DNA of 36,779 nucleotides from a virus (IMGVR_UViG_3300037310_000595:1-36779); one strand, 5' to 3'. Positions 20,388 to 28,880 are shown, counted from the stretch's first letter. A program made the numbers and translations. The notes: a model not told the origin generated them from the letters alone.

Positions 20388-22052
20388 TTACATCCTTTCT
20401 TCAGGCGGGATCATCGCGTCCATCTTCGGCATTTGCTCCATTCCCGGGCCGGCCTGCATTCCTTCGGGTGCCATCGGTGGCATGTTCGGGTCTTGCAAGC
20501 CTCCCGGCGCGGCATTGGGTTGAACAGGAGCAGGCGGGGGCGGGGGTACTATCTTTGCCATCAACTGCTGCATCACCTGGGGATTCGAGACCATCGCCTC
20601 AACAAGCGCCTTCTTGATTTTCTCTTTGGCGATCTGTTTCTGCATGGCTGCGGGGTCGTTGATCTGCAAGAAGTTCTGATACACGTATTCATCGGATACT
20701 TTATCGCCCAAGTTGGTGATAACCTGCGCGTTTCGCAGGTCGTCCTGCGGTAGTTTCGGTTTGAATGTCACTTCGATATCCGGGTCATCGGGGATGATGG
20801 ACGGGGGTATCAAATCATTCTCGATACCCCCGTCCTTGATACGGTACAGGATATGCAGGAAGATGTCTTTGAATGCGCCTTCAAGCGCCCGTTGGCTGTC
20901 CACCATCGGAAGCTTCCCGGCTGATGACAACATCGCAAGCCCGCTGAATGTACTGCCCGCAAGGTTTTGCCCAAGAGTTTGTTTATAAATGGTGCTCTCT
21001 CCGCCAAGTTCCTGTAACATTTGCCATGCCTGGAACACCACAGGGTCAATTACCTTGTCATCCACGGGTTGCGCCTTCGCCTTGATTACACGGATGCCAC
21101 CTTGATAACTTACTTCGATGGGCTTATCACCCTGGGCGTCAGGGTCAACCGCCACCAGTGGACCAAGCAATCCGCGCATGTTGATAGCTGTAAACAAGGC
21201 GGTAAGAACTGAGTTTTCCCGCTTGTCCATTTCTCCCTTTGCCTTCGCGTATAGATATGAATTGATCTGCTGGTCGGGTTTGTGGAACAGTTCGGAACCG
21301 CCCGCATAAGAGGACACAACGGGGATACACCCGAGATTATGGGGGGCCGCCATGTGTTCGGTTGCAATACCTGGAGAATACACAACATGATACTCCGGCG
21401 TGAACACGTCGCGCACTTCGTAATCCATTTCGTCCCTTGCAACTGCCACACCCCAGCGGGCTTTGAGTTTCGATCCTTTCAGGGTGTATCTCCACACATG
21501 CTTTATCATCAACCCTTCGTCACGTTCCGAGAATGATTCCTCGGGGTTGATTGTGCGGATAAGGAATGGGGTTTTCTTCATCATCTTGGCAAGGTGTTTC
21601 TTCTTGTATTCAGGAATATCTTTAACTGCAAGCAGGTCGGCAACACTTTCGGCATACAAAGTTACAGGGCCGTACAGCACAGCAGATAGCATTGCGTCCG
21701 CCTCAACCCGCGCCATCTTCCCCTCGCTGCTGGTATACAGCATCTTCTTCAAGCCTTCCTCAATCTTGTCTTTGGCTTGCGAGTTCTTGACCTCTACCTG
21801 CAATTCTGCCGTATTCAGTAACCTTTGCATTCCGATTACCTCATTGCGTCCGCTGGGAGATGGGGTCAATTTCCAGTCCCGCTCATCCACAGATCCATTC
21901 TTCGGTTTCTCCATGTTATCCATGAAGTAGATTTCCCTGTATCTCTGGAATAATTTTTCCTGTTCTCCATACACAGAGATAAGCGCGTCTGCGCTTTTCT
22001 TGATTTCCGCCACCTTCTCGGCGGGTAGTCTTGTCGTTTCTTTCTTTGCCAT
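20388..22052 (-). CDS. Portal protein (554 aa)
   Basis: Immediately downstream of TerL; typical size; SGLA.. motif, IEVTFKPKLPQD and a Pro/Gln-rich tail. Confidence 0.85.
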   Translation of the reverse strand: MAKKETTRLPAEKVAEIKKSADALISVYGEQEKLFQRYREIYFMDNMEKPKNGSVDERDWKLTPSPSGRNEVIGMQRLLNTAELQVEVKNSQAKDKIEEGLKKMLYTSSEGKMARVEADAMLSAVLYGPVTLYAESVADLLAVKDIPEYKKKHLAKMMKKTPFLIRTINPEESFSERDEGLMIKHVWRYTLKGSKLKARWGVAVARDEMDYEVRDVFTPEYHVVYSPGIATEHMAAPHNLGCIPVVSSYAGGSELFHKPDQQINSYLYAKAKGEMDKRENSVLTALFTAINMRGLLGPLVAVDPDAQGDKPIEVSYQGGIRVIKAKAQPVDDKVIDPVVFQAWQMLQELGGESTIYKQTLGQNLAGSTFSGLAMLSSAGKLPMVDSQRALEGAFKDIFLHILYRIKDGGIENDLIPPSIIPDDPDIEVTFKPKLPQDDLRNAQVITNLGDKVSDEYVYQNFLQINDPAAMQKQIAKEKIKKALVEAMVSNPQVMQQLMAKIVPPPPPAPVQPNAAPGGLQDPNMPPMAPEGMQAGPGMEQMPKMDAMIPPEERM

Positions 22053-22055
22053 TGG

Positions 22056-23426
22056 TTATATTCCTTTCACGCCAGACAGCGGGTGGATGAACGGCTTGGG
22101 CTTGCTCTCTGATCCTGATTTCAAATTGGACAGCAGGTACTTCAGCGCATCGAAGGCGTGATCTTCCTGCTTAGTGTCCACATCCTCGGGGTTCTTATCA
22201 TCCACCGCGAGGGTTTGTAATTGCTTGATAAGGTTCTGACATTGCTCCGACACTATCAATCCAGGCCGGCCGTCTGGCAGGTTGGCAAGCATTCGGTGTA
22301 TCTTCCGCACTCCGTTTACCCGGTCGTTGTCGCCTTTGGTCAGGTAGATTCCAACTGCCGCGTATTCGTCTCTCGCGCTGGTAACAATGTTGTGCGCGTT
22401 CTTCTTCGCCCACATGGACGGGTCGGCAAAGTGCGTGCCCTGCGGTTCGTTCGGCGGGGTCATGTCCTTCACCATCTGCGCCTGTTGTCGGTCAGTCAAG
22501 CCGGCTTGGTAAGCCTCTCGATACACCCACACCCTGCCAGTGTCCACTTCACGGAAGCCCCACAACGTACAGAATGGAGCCGTATATCCCGAGTCCGTCC
22601 CCTTGAACACCGTCCCCGCTGCCACGCCTACCTCTGGAACCTGGTCAGGCCGGCACACATGGCGGTCAAGGGTGAAGTCCCTGAATGCCTGCCCCGCAAA
22701 GACGCCCCAATCTCCATACCTCCACGCCTTTGCCAGCATGGGCGGTAATGTTTCCAGATCATGCCAGTACGCAGCGTCAAGGTGCGGATTGTCATCAGGT
22801 AGCGCCGGCACGAAGGCGAAACGGTCGGCACTATCTCGCAGCTCTGGCGGGTATACCTTGTCGATAAAGTAATCCTTTACCCATGCGTGCCCGATACCAC
22901 CCGGGTTGGTTGCTGCAATAAATCCGGGATCTGCTATACCAGGCCATCGCAAGGAACCGCGCAAAATATTGAAAGTGTCAACGCGGTTCTTGGTCAACTC
23001 ATCCACCGCGATACCGCCAAACTCCGCAGACTGGTACTTGCTCGGGTCGTCCAGGTTCCGCAGGGCAAGGATGCCTCCGCCGTACTCATCCGCAAGGTGG
23101 TATGCCAATCCGTGTTCCTTGCTCTCTTTCAAAGTACCCAGCCAGTCAGGAAATTCAACGCTTATCTTGCTGATCTGCCTGTCTTTCAGGCTTGGGTAAT
23201 CCTCACAGAACAGGCCATACCGCACGCCGCGCAGTCCCATCGTGGCATATTCAAGCAGCTTGCGGATGGGATACCACCTCAACCAGTACGATTTACCCGG
23301 CCCGCGACTACCGCCAAAGAGCGTGAACTTATGCGCGTCCGCCGTCTCTGTGGCAATCATCTGCTTGGGCGTGAACTTCAGCAGGTCGGTATCTATATCA
23401 AGCGTCGGGCGTTCCGTTGTCAGCAT
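22056..23426 (-). CDS. terL: Terminase large subunit (456 aa)
   Basis: Walker A GGSRGPGKS, Walker B IAVDE, ATNPGG coupling motif, nuclease motifs GTDSG, ADPS and DHAFDALKY. Confidence 0.95.
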   Translation of the reverse strand: MLTTERPTLDIDTDLLKFTPKQMIATETADAHKFTLFGGSRGPGKSYWLRWYPIRKLLEYATMGLRGVRYGLFCEDYPSLKDRQISKISVEFPDWLGTLKESKEHGLAYHLADEYGGGILALRNLDDPSKYQSAEFGGIAVDELTKNRVDTFNILRGSLRWPGIADPGFIAATNPGGIGHAWVKDYFIDKVYPPELRDSADRFAFVPALPDDNPHLDAAYWHDLETLPPMLAKAWRYGDWGVFAGQAFRDFTLDRHVCRPDQVPEVGVAAGTVFKGTDSGYTAPFCTLWGFREVDTGRVWVYREAYQAGLTDRQQAQMVKDMTPPNEPQGTHFADPSMWAKKNAHNIVTSARDEYAAVGIYLTKGDNDRVNGVRKIHRMLANLPDGRPGLIVSEQCQNLIKQLQTLAVDDKNPEDVDTKQEDHAFDALKYLLSNLKSGSESKPKPFIHPLSGVKGI

Positions 23427-23799
23427 CTTTCTTTCTTCCAAACACAAGCACCGGCATGTCGTCTATCTTCAAATGGTCGGGTACTTTACCCTCGGACCTG
23501 TCCATCAGTTCCTTAAAAAGCGAACTGCTTGGATCGAACATGAGCGCCGCAAAAACGCGGGTGACTACCTGGTATTTCATCTGCACATTGCGGGGCAGTT
23601 GGGCTATCGTCCTTCCGAGTTGGTTGTCTTTCCCGATGAATGTCAGTATGTCATCCGGGTACATATCGCCAACCGCTTTGATGATCGCGCTCCACGACTC
23701 ACCATCCTTCGGGCGTCCCTTCGGGTTTCCGCTCTGCCCCTTCTTCCATGCCGTTTTAGGGACTGGCCGCTTCCCTGTTCCTTTCTTGTTAGCAGGCAT
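23398..23799 (-). CDS. Terminase small subunit-like protein (133 aa)
   Basis: WKKGQSGNPKGRPK (DUF5681-like) and ELMDRSEGK motifs; overlaps the TerL start. Confidence 0.8.
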   Translation of the reverse strand: MPANKKGTGKRPVPKTAWKKGQSGNPKGRPKDGESWSAIIKAVGDMYPDDILTFIGKDNQLGRTIAQLPRNVQMKYQVVTRVFAALMFDPSSSLFKELMDRSEGKVPDHLKIDDMPVLVFGRKKDADNGTPDA

Positions 23800-23802
23800 T
23801 CC

Positions 23803-24486
23803 TTACCTCATCGGTGGGTTGTACGGGCTGGGGATTGGCTCATTCGCTCCCAGCTTCCTCAACCATTCCAGCGGATACCTGGTCAACTTGTTCGGGTTTC
23901 CCATAAACGGGTAGTAAATGGGTATCCCCGTGTTGCGCCCGCCAAGCATCGTAAACGGGTTCACCTGTCGGGTTCCGTCCGGGAGATCGCCCGCAATGTT
24001 CGTCGCGTGGTGGATAAACCACGGGTGAGACTGATACGTCATCCCTGTGGGTGGACCATCAAAGGCATTCAGAAAGTGGGGGTACAACCACCACTTCCCT
24101 TTGTCGTCCTTGACCTCTTTGCCTGTAACCACGTTTCCACCGCAAAACAGGCACTTGATTTGCATGTCCTCATCACGGATGGAAGGGGTCACGTAATCCG
24201 TATGGGTATCAGACCCCTTGTAATCCGTAATAAAAGACTTGCCGTTGGTGTAACCAAGCCAGGCACGCTTCAGTTCTGCTTCGGCGTATCCCACCGGCTG
24301 ATTCAGCCCATACCAAAAGAACTGCCAGGCATAGGTAAGCCGAGTGTAATGGTCAAGGTAATGCACCTCGGGAGCGTTTCGCGGGCTGCGCTCAAAATCG
24401 CCTATCTCCCAATCGTGCCTGATAAAGTACAGTGGCGGACGGAGGGCAACTAAGGCAGGTGTCAAGGATACAGATACTTCGATCAT
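23803..24486 (-). CDS. Hypothetical protein (227 aa)
   Basis: TAATG coupling with the endolysin stop; aromatic-rich; no family recognised. Confidence 0.7.
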   Translation of the reverse strand: MIEVSVSLTPALVALRPPLYFIRHDWEIGDFERSPRNAPEVHYLDHYTRLTYAWQFFWYGLNQPVGYAEAELKRAWLGYTNGKSFITDYKGSDTHTDYVTPSIRDEDMQIKCLFCGGNVVTGKEVKDDKGKWWLYPHFLNAFDGPPTGMTYQSHPWFIHHATNIAGDLPDGTRQVNPFTMLGGRNTGIPIYYPFMGNPNKLTRYPLEWLRKLGANEPIPSPYNPPMR

Positions 24487-25559
24487 TATTCGTGGTAATC
24501 CTTTCCGTTCACGGACACTTTGCCAATAGTTGCGCCACTCACAGTCAGGGCTACATCCACGGCTGCGGGAGTGGTGGGGGTCTCTCCACTTGCGGGCGGG
24601 TTGATCTCGGTCAACTTGCAATATTGTGTACCGTCATGCTTGACGGCAATCCAAGTCTCTTGCGTAACAGGCACACCCAAGACTTCACCAACCTTCAACC
24701 AAAGGGAAGTTACACCGTCGCCAACCGTTTCGGTTCCCCTGGCCTTCTGTCCGTAAGGGAGTGCGCCGATTTTGGTATTCGAGGTTGTCGGCTGTGGGCG
24801 TAAGGATGAACCGCTGGTAAACAACGGCGTAACTTCATATCTGTATAATGTCATAGGTTGTTCCTCCGTAGGGGGCGGAGTGGATGGCACACTGGCATTG
24901 CAAAATGCGGCCAGTTCTTCCACGCTGCCATTGAAGTAATTAAGATCCACGGCGCGTTCCTCGTATTGGTTCACGCCATAATCCTGCCCATACCCTGCCT
25001 CTGTCCATTGCCAAAAGGTCCACTTCTGCCACGGCTTCGGGAGATATGGAGCAGACACTTTGTAATTCGCAAGCCACAACGGGCAGTCCATCCAGTACCC
25101 AGCCTTAAGCGGGTACTGCGCGAGATAGCCAGGCGCGGAATAGATCATGACTTTGCGCCCGTATCTGTCCTCCAATGGCTTTGCGATACCGTACAAATCC
25201 TTCTCTGTCGGGTTCGCCCATTGTCCATTGTGCTTCGTCCACTCATAGTCAAGCGCAATCGGGATTTCTCCTGGGTCGTTTCCAAGCAGGTCAATAAGTG
25301 CGCGGGCTTGCGCTCCACTACTTACCACACTAGCAGGATACACCCATAACCAGGCGTTGCGCGGTATCCCTGCGGCCTTTGCTCCCGCCCAATTCTCTTT
25401 GAAGAAGCGGGATGTATTGATCCCATTCTTGGCTTTGATCAGCGCGAATTTAATCCCGCCCGCTTTGGCAGCGTTCCAGTCTACAACGCCGGTATACTGG
25501 TGAACATCTATTCCCAGGGTGCGGGCTGGGTCGGGGTATTCGTAGGTGATTTCACTCAT
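24486..25559 (-). CDS. Endolysin, GH25 muramidase with C-terminal SH3-like domain (357 aa)
   Basis: GIDV, ALDYE (DxE), LWLANY, FWQWT and VDLNYF motifs; Pro-rich linker followed by an LRPQPTT...W..V domain. Confidence 0.92.
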   Translation of the reverse strand: MSEITYEYPDPARTLGIDVHQYTGVVDWNAAKAGGIKFALIKAKNGINTSRFFKENWAGAKAAGIPRNAWLWVYPASVVSSGAQARALIDLLGNDPGEIPIALDYEWTKHNGQWANPTEKDLYGIAKPLEDRYGRKVMIYSAPGYLAQYPLKAGYWMDCPLWLANYKVSAPYLPKPWQKWTFWQWTEAGYGQDYGVNQYEERAVDLNYFNGSVEELAAFCNASVPSTPPPTEEQPMTLYRYEVTPLFTSGSSLRPQPTTSNTKIGALPYGQKARGTETVGDGVTSLWLKVGEVLGVPVTQETWIAVKHDGTQYCKLTEINPPASGETPTTPAAVDVALTVSGATIGKVSVNGKDYHE

Positions 25560-25810
25560 GGCGCAATTGTGATTGTGACATTGCCGGAAGCAATAGCCCC
25601 AATAAATGAAAGGATAAACGCCGTGCCAATCCATACAGCAGGACGGAAAACAATCCACATGGTTTGCGTCTTTGGGTGGTCGTCCTTCATGTAGATCACA
25701 AACAACTGCATGACTTCCAGCATGGTTTTATCAGACGCTTTGATACGACGCACTTTCAATGCCGCGGCTATCTTTTCTTCGAGTAAGTCCAGCACCTCGC
25801 CGTTCGCCAT
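25556..25810 (-). CDS. Small membrane protein, holin-like (84 aa)
   Basis: One C-terminal hydrophobic helix; lies between the holin and lysin genes with an ATGA overlap. Confidence 0.55.
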   Translation of the reverse strand: MANGEVLDLLEEKIAAALKVRRIKASDKTMLEVMQLFVIYMKDDHPKTQTMWIVFRPAVWIGTAFILSFIGAIASGNVTITIAP

Positions 25811-25813
25811 GCC

Positions 25814-26167
25814 TTACCCCTTTGGTTCCGTAAGTGGTTCATTTGGGGAGAATTGCGACCATACCGCCGCCTCGATCTCCGCCTCGATCTGATCTAGGTC
25901 AATCTTGATACCCTTTGCGTGAAGGGCTTTTTCAGCCTGTGAAATTACATACGCCTTCTTCTGATTGCCATTGCCGGCCTTGTAAATCTGCTGGGCCGCT
26001 TGCGTCAATGAGCGGATCGTCTCTCTAATAAAGTACCGCTCGTCCTCGTTCTTGCTGGCAAGCAGTTCGTCCGCTTTGGCAAGGATCAGCTTCGCAATCG
26101 CGGCCGCAAGCGCGGTCAAGATGGTTGTCAATACTGTTTGAATGATGGGAGTCAGTTCAATTTCCAT
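25814..26167 (-). CDS. Holin, LL-H family-like (117 aa)
   Basis: N-terminal TM helix; AAQQ..G..KK......G.......IEAEIEAAV pattern. Confidence 0.75.
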   Translation of the reverse strand: MEIELTPIIQTVLTTILTALAAAIAKLILAKADELLASKNEDERYFIRETIRSLTQAAQQIYKAGNGNQKKAYVISQAEKALHAKGIKIDLDQIEAEIEAAVWSQFSPNEPLTEPKG

Positions 26168-26195
26168 GATGATTTCCTTCTTTCTCTTGTCCCTT

Positions 26196-26298
26196 AAACA
26201 CAAAAACGGGGCACACCTTATTAGTGTGCCCCGTCTCTATGTCTGTCGGGCTTGGATATGGATGCGGCACGCGCCGCTTACTCAAAATATTATAGCAC
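26196..26298 (-). promoter_or_regulatory. Promoter-leader-terminator element, copy 3 (head of the lysis/packaging operon)
   Basis: Minus strand: TGcTATAAT ... ATATCCA-agc-CCGACAGAC-ATAGAG-ACGGGGCACAC/GTGTGCCCCGT-TTTTGTGTTT. Confidence 0.75.
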
Positions 26299-26301
26299 TT
26301 T

Positions 26302-26613
26302 TTAAGGCTTGCTCGGAGTTTTACATCTAACGCAAGTCCGCTGCTCGTTCGAAAACTCTTTGCTGCCACAGACGGCGCATGGCGGCTCTGCAATCCTGAG
26401 AGCGACTTCCGCACGCCCTTGTTGGGCAGACTCACGATCTGCAAACTTTGCCCATTGTTTGAGCATGTACATTTCTGCCTTCATCACTTCAAAGGCGAGT
26501 GCGCCTGTTGGCATATCTTCGCCATATTTTTTGGCGTATTCATCAGCCAACGCAACAGCCAAATCTTCAAAAACTTTCGAGATACCTTTTGCAACAAACT
26601 CACGAGTATTCAT
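26302..26613 (-). CDS. Cassette ORF, hypothetical (103 aa)
   Basis: GAAAGGAAG RBS; C-terminal CxxC..CxxC encoded across the decayed attC. Confidence 0.7.
   Translation of the reverse strand: MNTREFVAKGISKVFEDLAVALADEYAKKYGEDMPTGALAFEVMKAEMYMLKQWAKFADRESAQQGRAEVALRIAEPPCAVCGSKEFSNEQRTCVRCKTPSKP
26325..26427 (-). repeat. attC-like site 9 (degenerate, terminal)
   Basis: Minus strand GCCCAAC ... GTTAGAT. Partial arms aagtcgct/agcggactt. GTCTGCCCAAC complements the cassette start GTTGCGCAGAC at 10/11 positions. Confidence 0.55.
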
Positions 26614-26634
26614 AACTTCCTTTCGGAATGGTCT

Positions 26635-26732
26635 GCGCAACGGTTTGCGTTACTCGCTTGTTGCGGCGGGTTTAGTACCGCCGTCAGATTTTGACGAAGC
26701 CCGCAACAAGTCAAGTGCGCGCTGTGTTAGCT
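26635..26732 (-). repeat. attC-like site 8
   Basis: Minus strand AGCTAAC ... GTTGCGC. Arms cttgttgcgg/ccgcaacaag with two unpaired bases in the 5' arm. The ORF stop TAA lies inside R''. Confidence 0.85.
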
Positions 26733-26981
26733 TGCCTCACGTTTTGGGGCATCGTTGTATTCCATACAGGCAACTGCGAGCGCGGCAATCTTGCGAACAT
26801 GCGCCAATGCTTTCTGAGTATCTAAGGAATAGATACTCTCTTTGGCTTCCTGAATTTGCTTTTCCAGATAAATTACCCAAGATGAAACAGGAGTGATAGC
26901 ATCATCCTCTGGTCGTGGGGGCTTACTGTCTTGGTAAGCACGCTCACCATCAATTAACTCATAAACCTTTTTTCTTTCCAT
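26727..26981 (-). CDS. Cassette ORF, possibly MazG-like all-alpha protein (84 aa)
   Basis: ERAYQD.K ... KIAALAVACME resembles small phage MazG-like proteins; AAAGGA RBS. Confidence 0.55.
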   Translation of the reverse strand: MERKKVYELIDGERAYQDSKPPRPEDDAITPVSSWVIYLEKQIQEAKESIYSLDTQKALAHVRKIAALAVACMEYNDAPKREAS

Positions 26982-27000
26982 TTTGAATTCCTTTCTTTGC

Positions 27001-27131
27001 CAGCAAGTGGCTGGCCTCTACTTGCGGGTGGTCGGGTTGGAATCCGCTTTGAGATTAGATAAAGTCTGAGGCGTAGAAAATTCTTCTAAAACGGGCAGAC
27101 TCCCACCCGTCAAGCGCAAGCCTTGTTCGGC
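27001..27131 (-). repeat. attC-like site 7 (R' core decayed)
   Basis: Minus strand GCCGAAC, arms cttgAcgggtgg/ccacccgcaag. The expected GTTAGCTTGC is reduced to ACTTGC. Confidence 0.7.
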
Positions 27132-27380
27132 GGTGTCTACGCAATCAGCGTCAATGATATTCAAAACCTCAATATCAGCGAATGAACCAATTTCATGGCT
27201 ATATCTGCGGATAATTCCATCATCAAAAAGATGGCAAAGCGAATCGGTGAAGTTTTTAAATCTTTCTTCTGTGGTGATTGCTCCGCCAACCATAATCAAT
27301 TGCGCTTCATACTCTGGCAAATGAAGCGCAATTTCAACATGTTGATTATCTGCGAGTTCAAGCAATTCTTGACAATTCAT
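27018..27380 (-). CDS. Cassette ORF, hypothetical (120 aa)
   Basis: GAAAGGT RBS; reads through most of the attC. Confidence 0.7.
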   Translation of the reverse strand: MNCQELLELADNQHVEIALHLPEYEAQLIMVGGAITTEERFKNFTDSLCHLFDDGIIRRYSHEIGSFADIEVLNIIDADCVDTAEQGLRLTGGSLPVLEEFSTPQTLSNLKADSNPTTRK

Positions 27381-27426
27381 CGTTTTACCTTTCTCTCGGC
27401 TGGCAAGGAAGCCGCCGAATGGGCGA

Positions 27427-27478
27427 GCGTCCAGCGAGGGGGCTGGCGTTTTTTGCCAGTTGCCGAGCGACGCCCAAC
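27427..27478. repeat. 52-bp non-coding repeat, copy A
   Basis: 50/52 identical to 28179-28230. Confidence 0.9.
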
Positions 27479-27564
27479 GGTATTCGTGTTAGTGGTGGGC
27501 GGGTTGATTACCCGTCCCGTATGGGCGCACGTACCCGCCCATCCACTGCACACGAGGGTTAGCC
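27472..27564 (-). repeat. attC-like site 6
   Basis: Minus strand GGCTAAC ... GTTGGGC. Arms cgtgtgCagtggAtgggcgggt/acccgcccaccactaacacg. Stop codon inside R''. Confidence 0.9.
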
Positions 27565-27804
27565 CGCTTTTACTTTGCGAGCATACTCATTTTTGCACCA
27601 CACAACAAAATAATTCAACGGCATAGTTTCATCAACAACTTTTGCCAATTCAATTTCGGTAAACTGATGGCGGGCATGAAAATCTTTTTGCCACCAATCA
27701 ACGCGAATTTCTAAAACACCGTCGCGGGCAGATAATCTAATTTCTGCTTCATCGCCAATCTCGGATTGCAACTTCGTGATGAGTTCATAAATCTTTAGCA
27801 ACAT
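27559..27804 (-). CDS. Cassette ORF, hypothetical (81 aa)
   Basis: AGGAG RBS; TAA within GGCTAAC. Confidence 0.75.
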   Translation of the reverse strand: MLLKIYELITKLQSEIGDEAEIRLSARDGVLEIRVDWWQKDFHARHQFTEIELAKVVDETMPLNYFVVWCKNEYARKVKAG

Positions 27805-27826
27805 GACTTTGTTTCTCCTGCGCTCA

Positions 27827-28120
27827 TTATACGGCGGAGCGGGCTAATGGGCGAGCGTCACCCGCCGAGGCGGGGCGATTCAACCAAGCGGCGATGTGAT
27901 AGCAAGTCACGCCTTTTAGCATCTCCTCATCGGTAAATAACTCTGCGCAACTGCAATTTTCTCCGCATGGTGCAAAGACTGTTCGGGGGATGAGGATTTT
28001 GTGCTTTTGGCCCAATTCTTGCAGGTCAAATCCATCTAAGCTATCCAACTCAGGCCACTCGTCAAAAATTTCAGAAACGAAACCTGCTAGCGATTCAATT
28101 TGTTCTTTTGTCAATTCCAT
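27827..28120 (-). CDS. Array ORF, hypothetical with Cys cluster (97 aa)
   Basis: GAAAGGTG RBS; PCGENCSC motif; bracketed by 13-bp inverted repeats. Confidence 0.7.
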   Translation of the reverse strand: MELTKEQIESLAGFVSEIFDEWPELDSLDGFDLQELGQKHKILIPRTVFAPCGENCSCAELFTDEEMLKGVTCYHIAAWLNRPASAGDARPLARSAV

Positions 28121-28178
28121 TTGCTTCACCTTTCTACTCAAAAAAGCCGATACTCCACGTTTTACGCTCGCCCATTCG

Positions 28179-28230
28179 GCGTCCAGCGAGGGGGCTGGCG
28201 TTCTTTGCCAGTTGCCGAGCGACGCCGAAC
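28179..28230. repeat. 52-bp non-coding repeat, copy B
   Basis: 50/52 identical to 27427-27478. Confidence 0.9.
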
Positions 28231-28329
28231 GGTCAGCGTGAGCGGCGGGCGAGTGATAAGACTCGTTGCCACCACGCAATAATATTATTTAGCCACACTT
28301 TCGCCCGTCCGCTCCACGCAATGTTGGAA
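28224..28329 (-). repeat. attC-like site 5
   Basis: Minus strand TTCCAAC ... GTTCGGC. Arms gcgtgGagcggAcgggcga/tcgcccgccgctcacgc. Confidence 0.88.
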
Positions 28330-28601
28330 GGCGTAATGCGCTCATAGAAAACATTCAAAACTGGAAGGATGCAACCTTCTTGGACAATCTCGAAAGACGG
28401 GTGATAAAAGACAATCATTGCCCTTTGCGCCATGTAATCAAAATAGTCTGTTACCATTACGGCATCTTTCGGAACGCCAGTAATACACTTATATTCATGC
28501 TTCCAGTGAAAACCTTCGCGCAACATATCGATAAGATAGTCGTTTGAAATTGGGACGGCTACCAGCCTGCGTTCTTTGTCTTTCATGAATGGGTTATACA
28601 T
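28233..28601 (-). CDS. Cassette ORF, hypothetical (122 aa)
   Basis: Starts just after the GTTGGAAGGC core; GVPKDA...FYHPSFEIVQEG is a phage-type motif. Confidence 0.7.
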   Translation of the reverse strand: MYNPFMKDKERRLVAVPISNDYLIDMLREGFHWKHEYKCITGVPKDAVMVTDYFDYMAQRAMIVFYHPSFEIVQEGCILPVLNVFYERITPSNIAWSGRAKVWLNNIIAWWQRVLSLARRSR

Positions 28602-28611
28602 TTTCTTAGCC

Positions 28612-28735
28612 TTCCAACGGTTTGCGTTACTGGCACGCGCTAAAGCGCATGAGTTTCGCAATAAGACATGACGGCGGGCTCTTTACAGCCTTCTTCCTCA
28701 CAGTAGAGCGTGTCCAGTGCACGCAGTTGTTCTAC
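28612..28735 (-). repeat. attC-like site 4
   Basis: Minus strand GTAGAAC ... GTTGGAA. Arms gcgtgCactggAcacgc/gcgtgccagtaacgc. Confidence 0.88.
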
Positions 28736-28858
28736 GGCTTTATAATATTTCACTACCTTTTCTGCGCTAATAAACAAGCAATGTAATTGGTCATCTTCCA
28801 TGTATTCAATTACGAAATTCACACCATCTCGCAAGCGTTTCGTTGCAACTATTTCCAA
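28640..28858 (-). CDS. Cassette ORF, hypothetical (72 aa, TTG start)
   Basis: GAGGTG RBS; ends inside the attC. Confidence 0.65.
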   Translation of the reverse strand: MEIVATKRLRDGVNFVIEYMEDDQLHCLFISAEKVVKYYKAVEQLRALDTLYCEEEGCKEPAVMSYCETHAL

Positions 28859-28880
28859 GTTTCACCTCTGGCAAAGAGCC

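Noticed and set aside
23242-24453. Long plus-strand ORFs (403 aa here, and others antisense to structural genes)
   Set aside because: They are shadow frames of well-supported minus-strand genes, with no motifs or RBS recognised.
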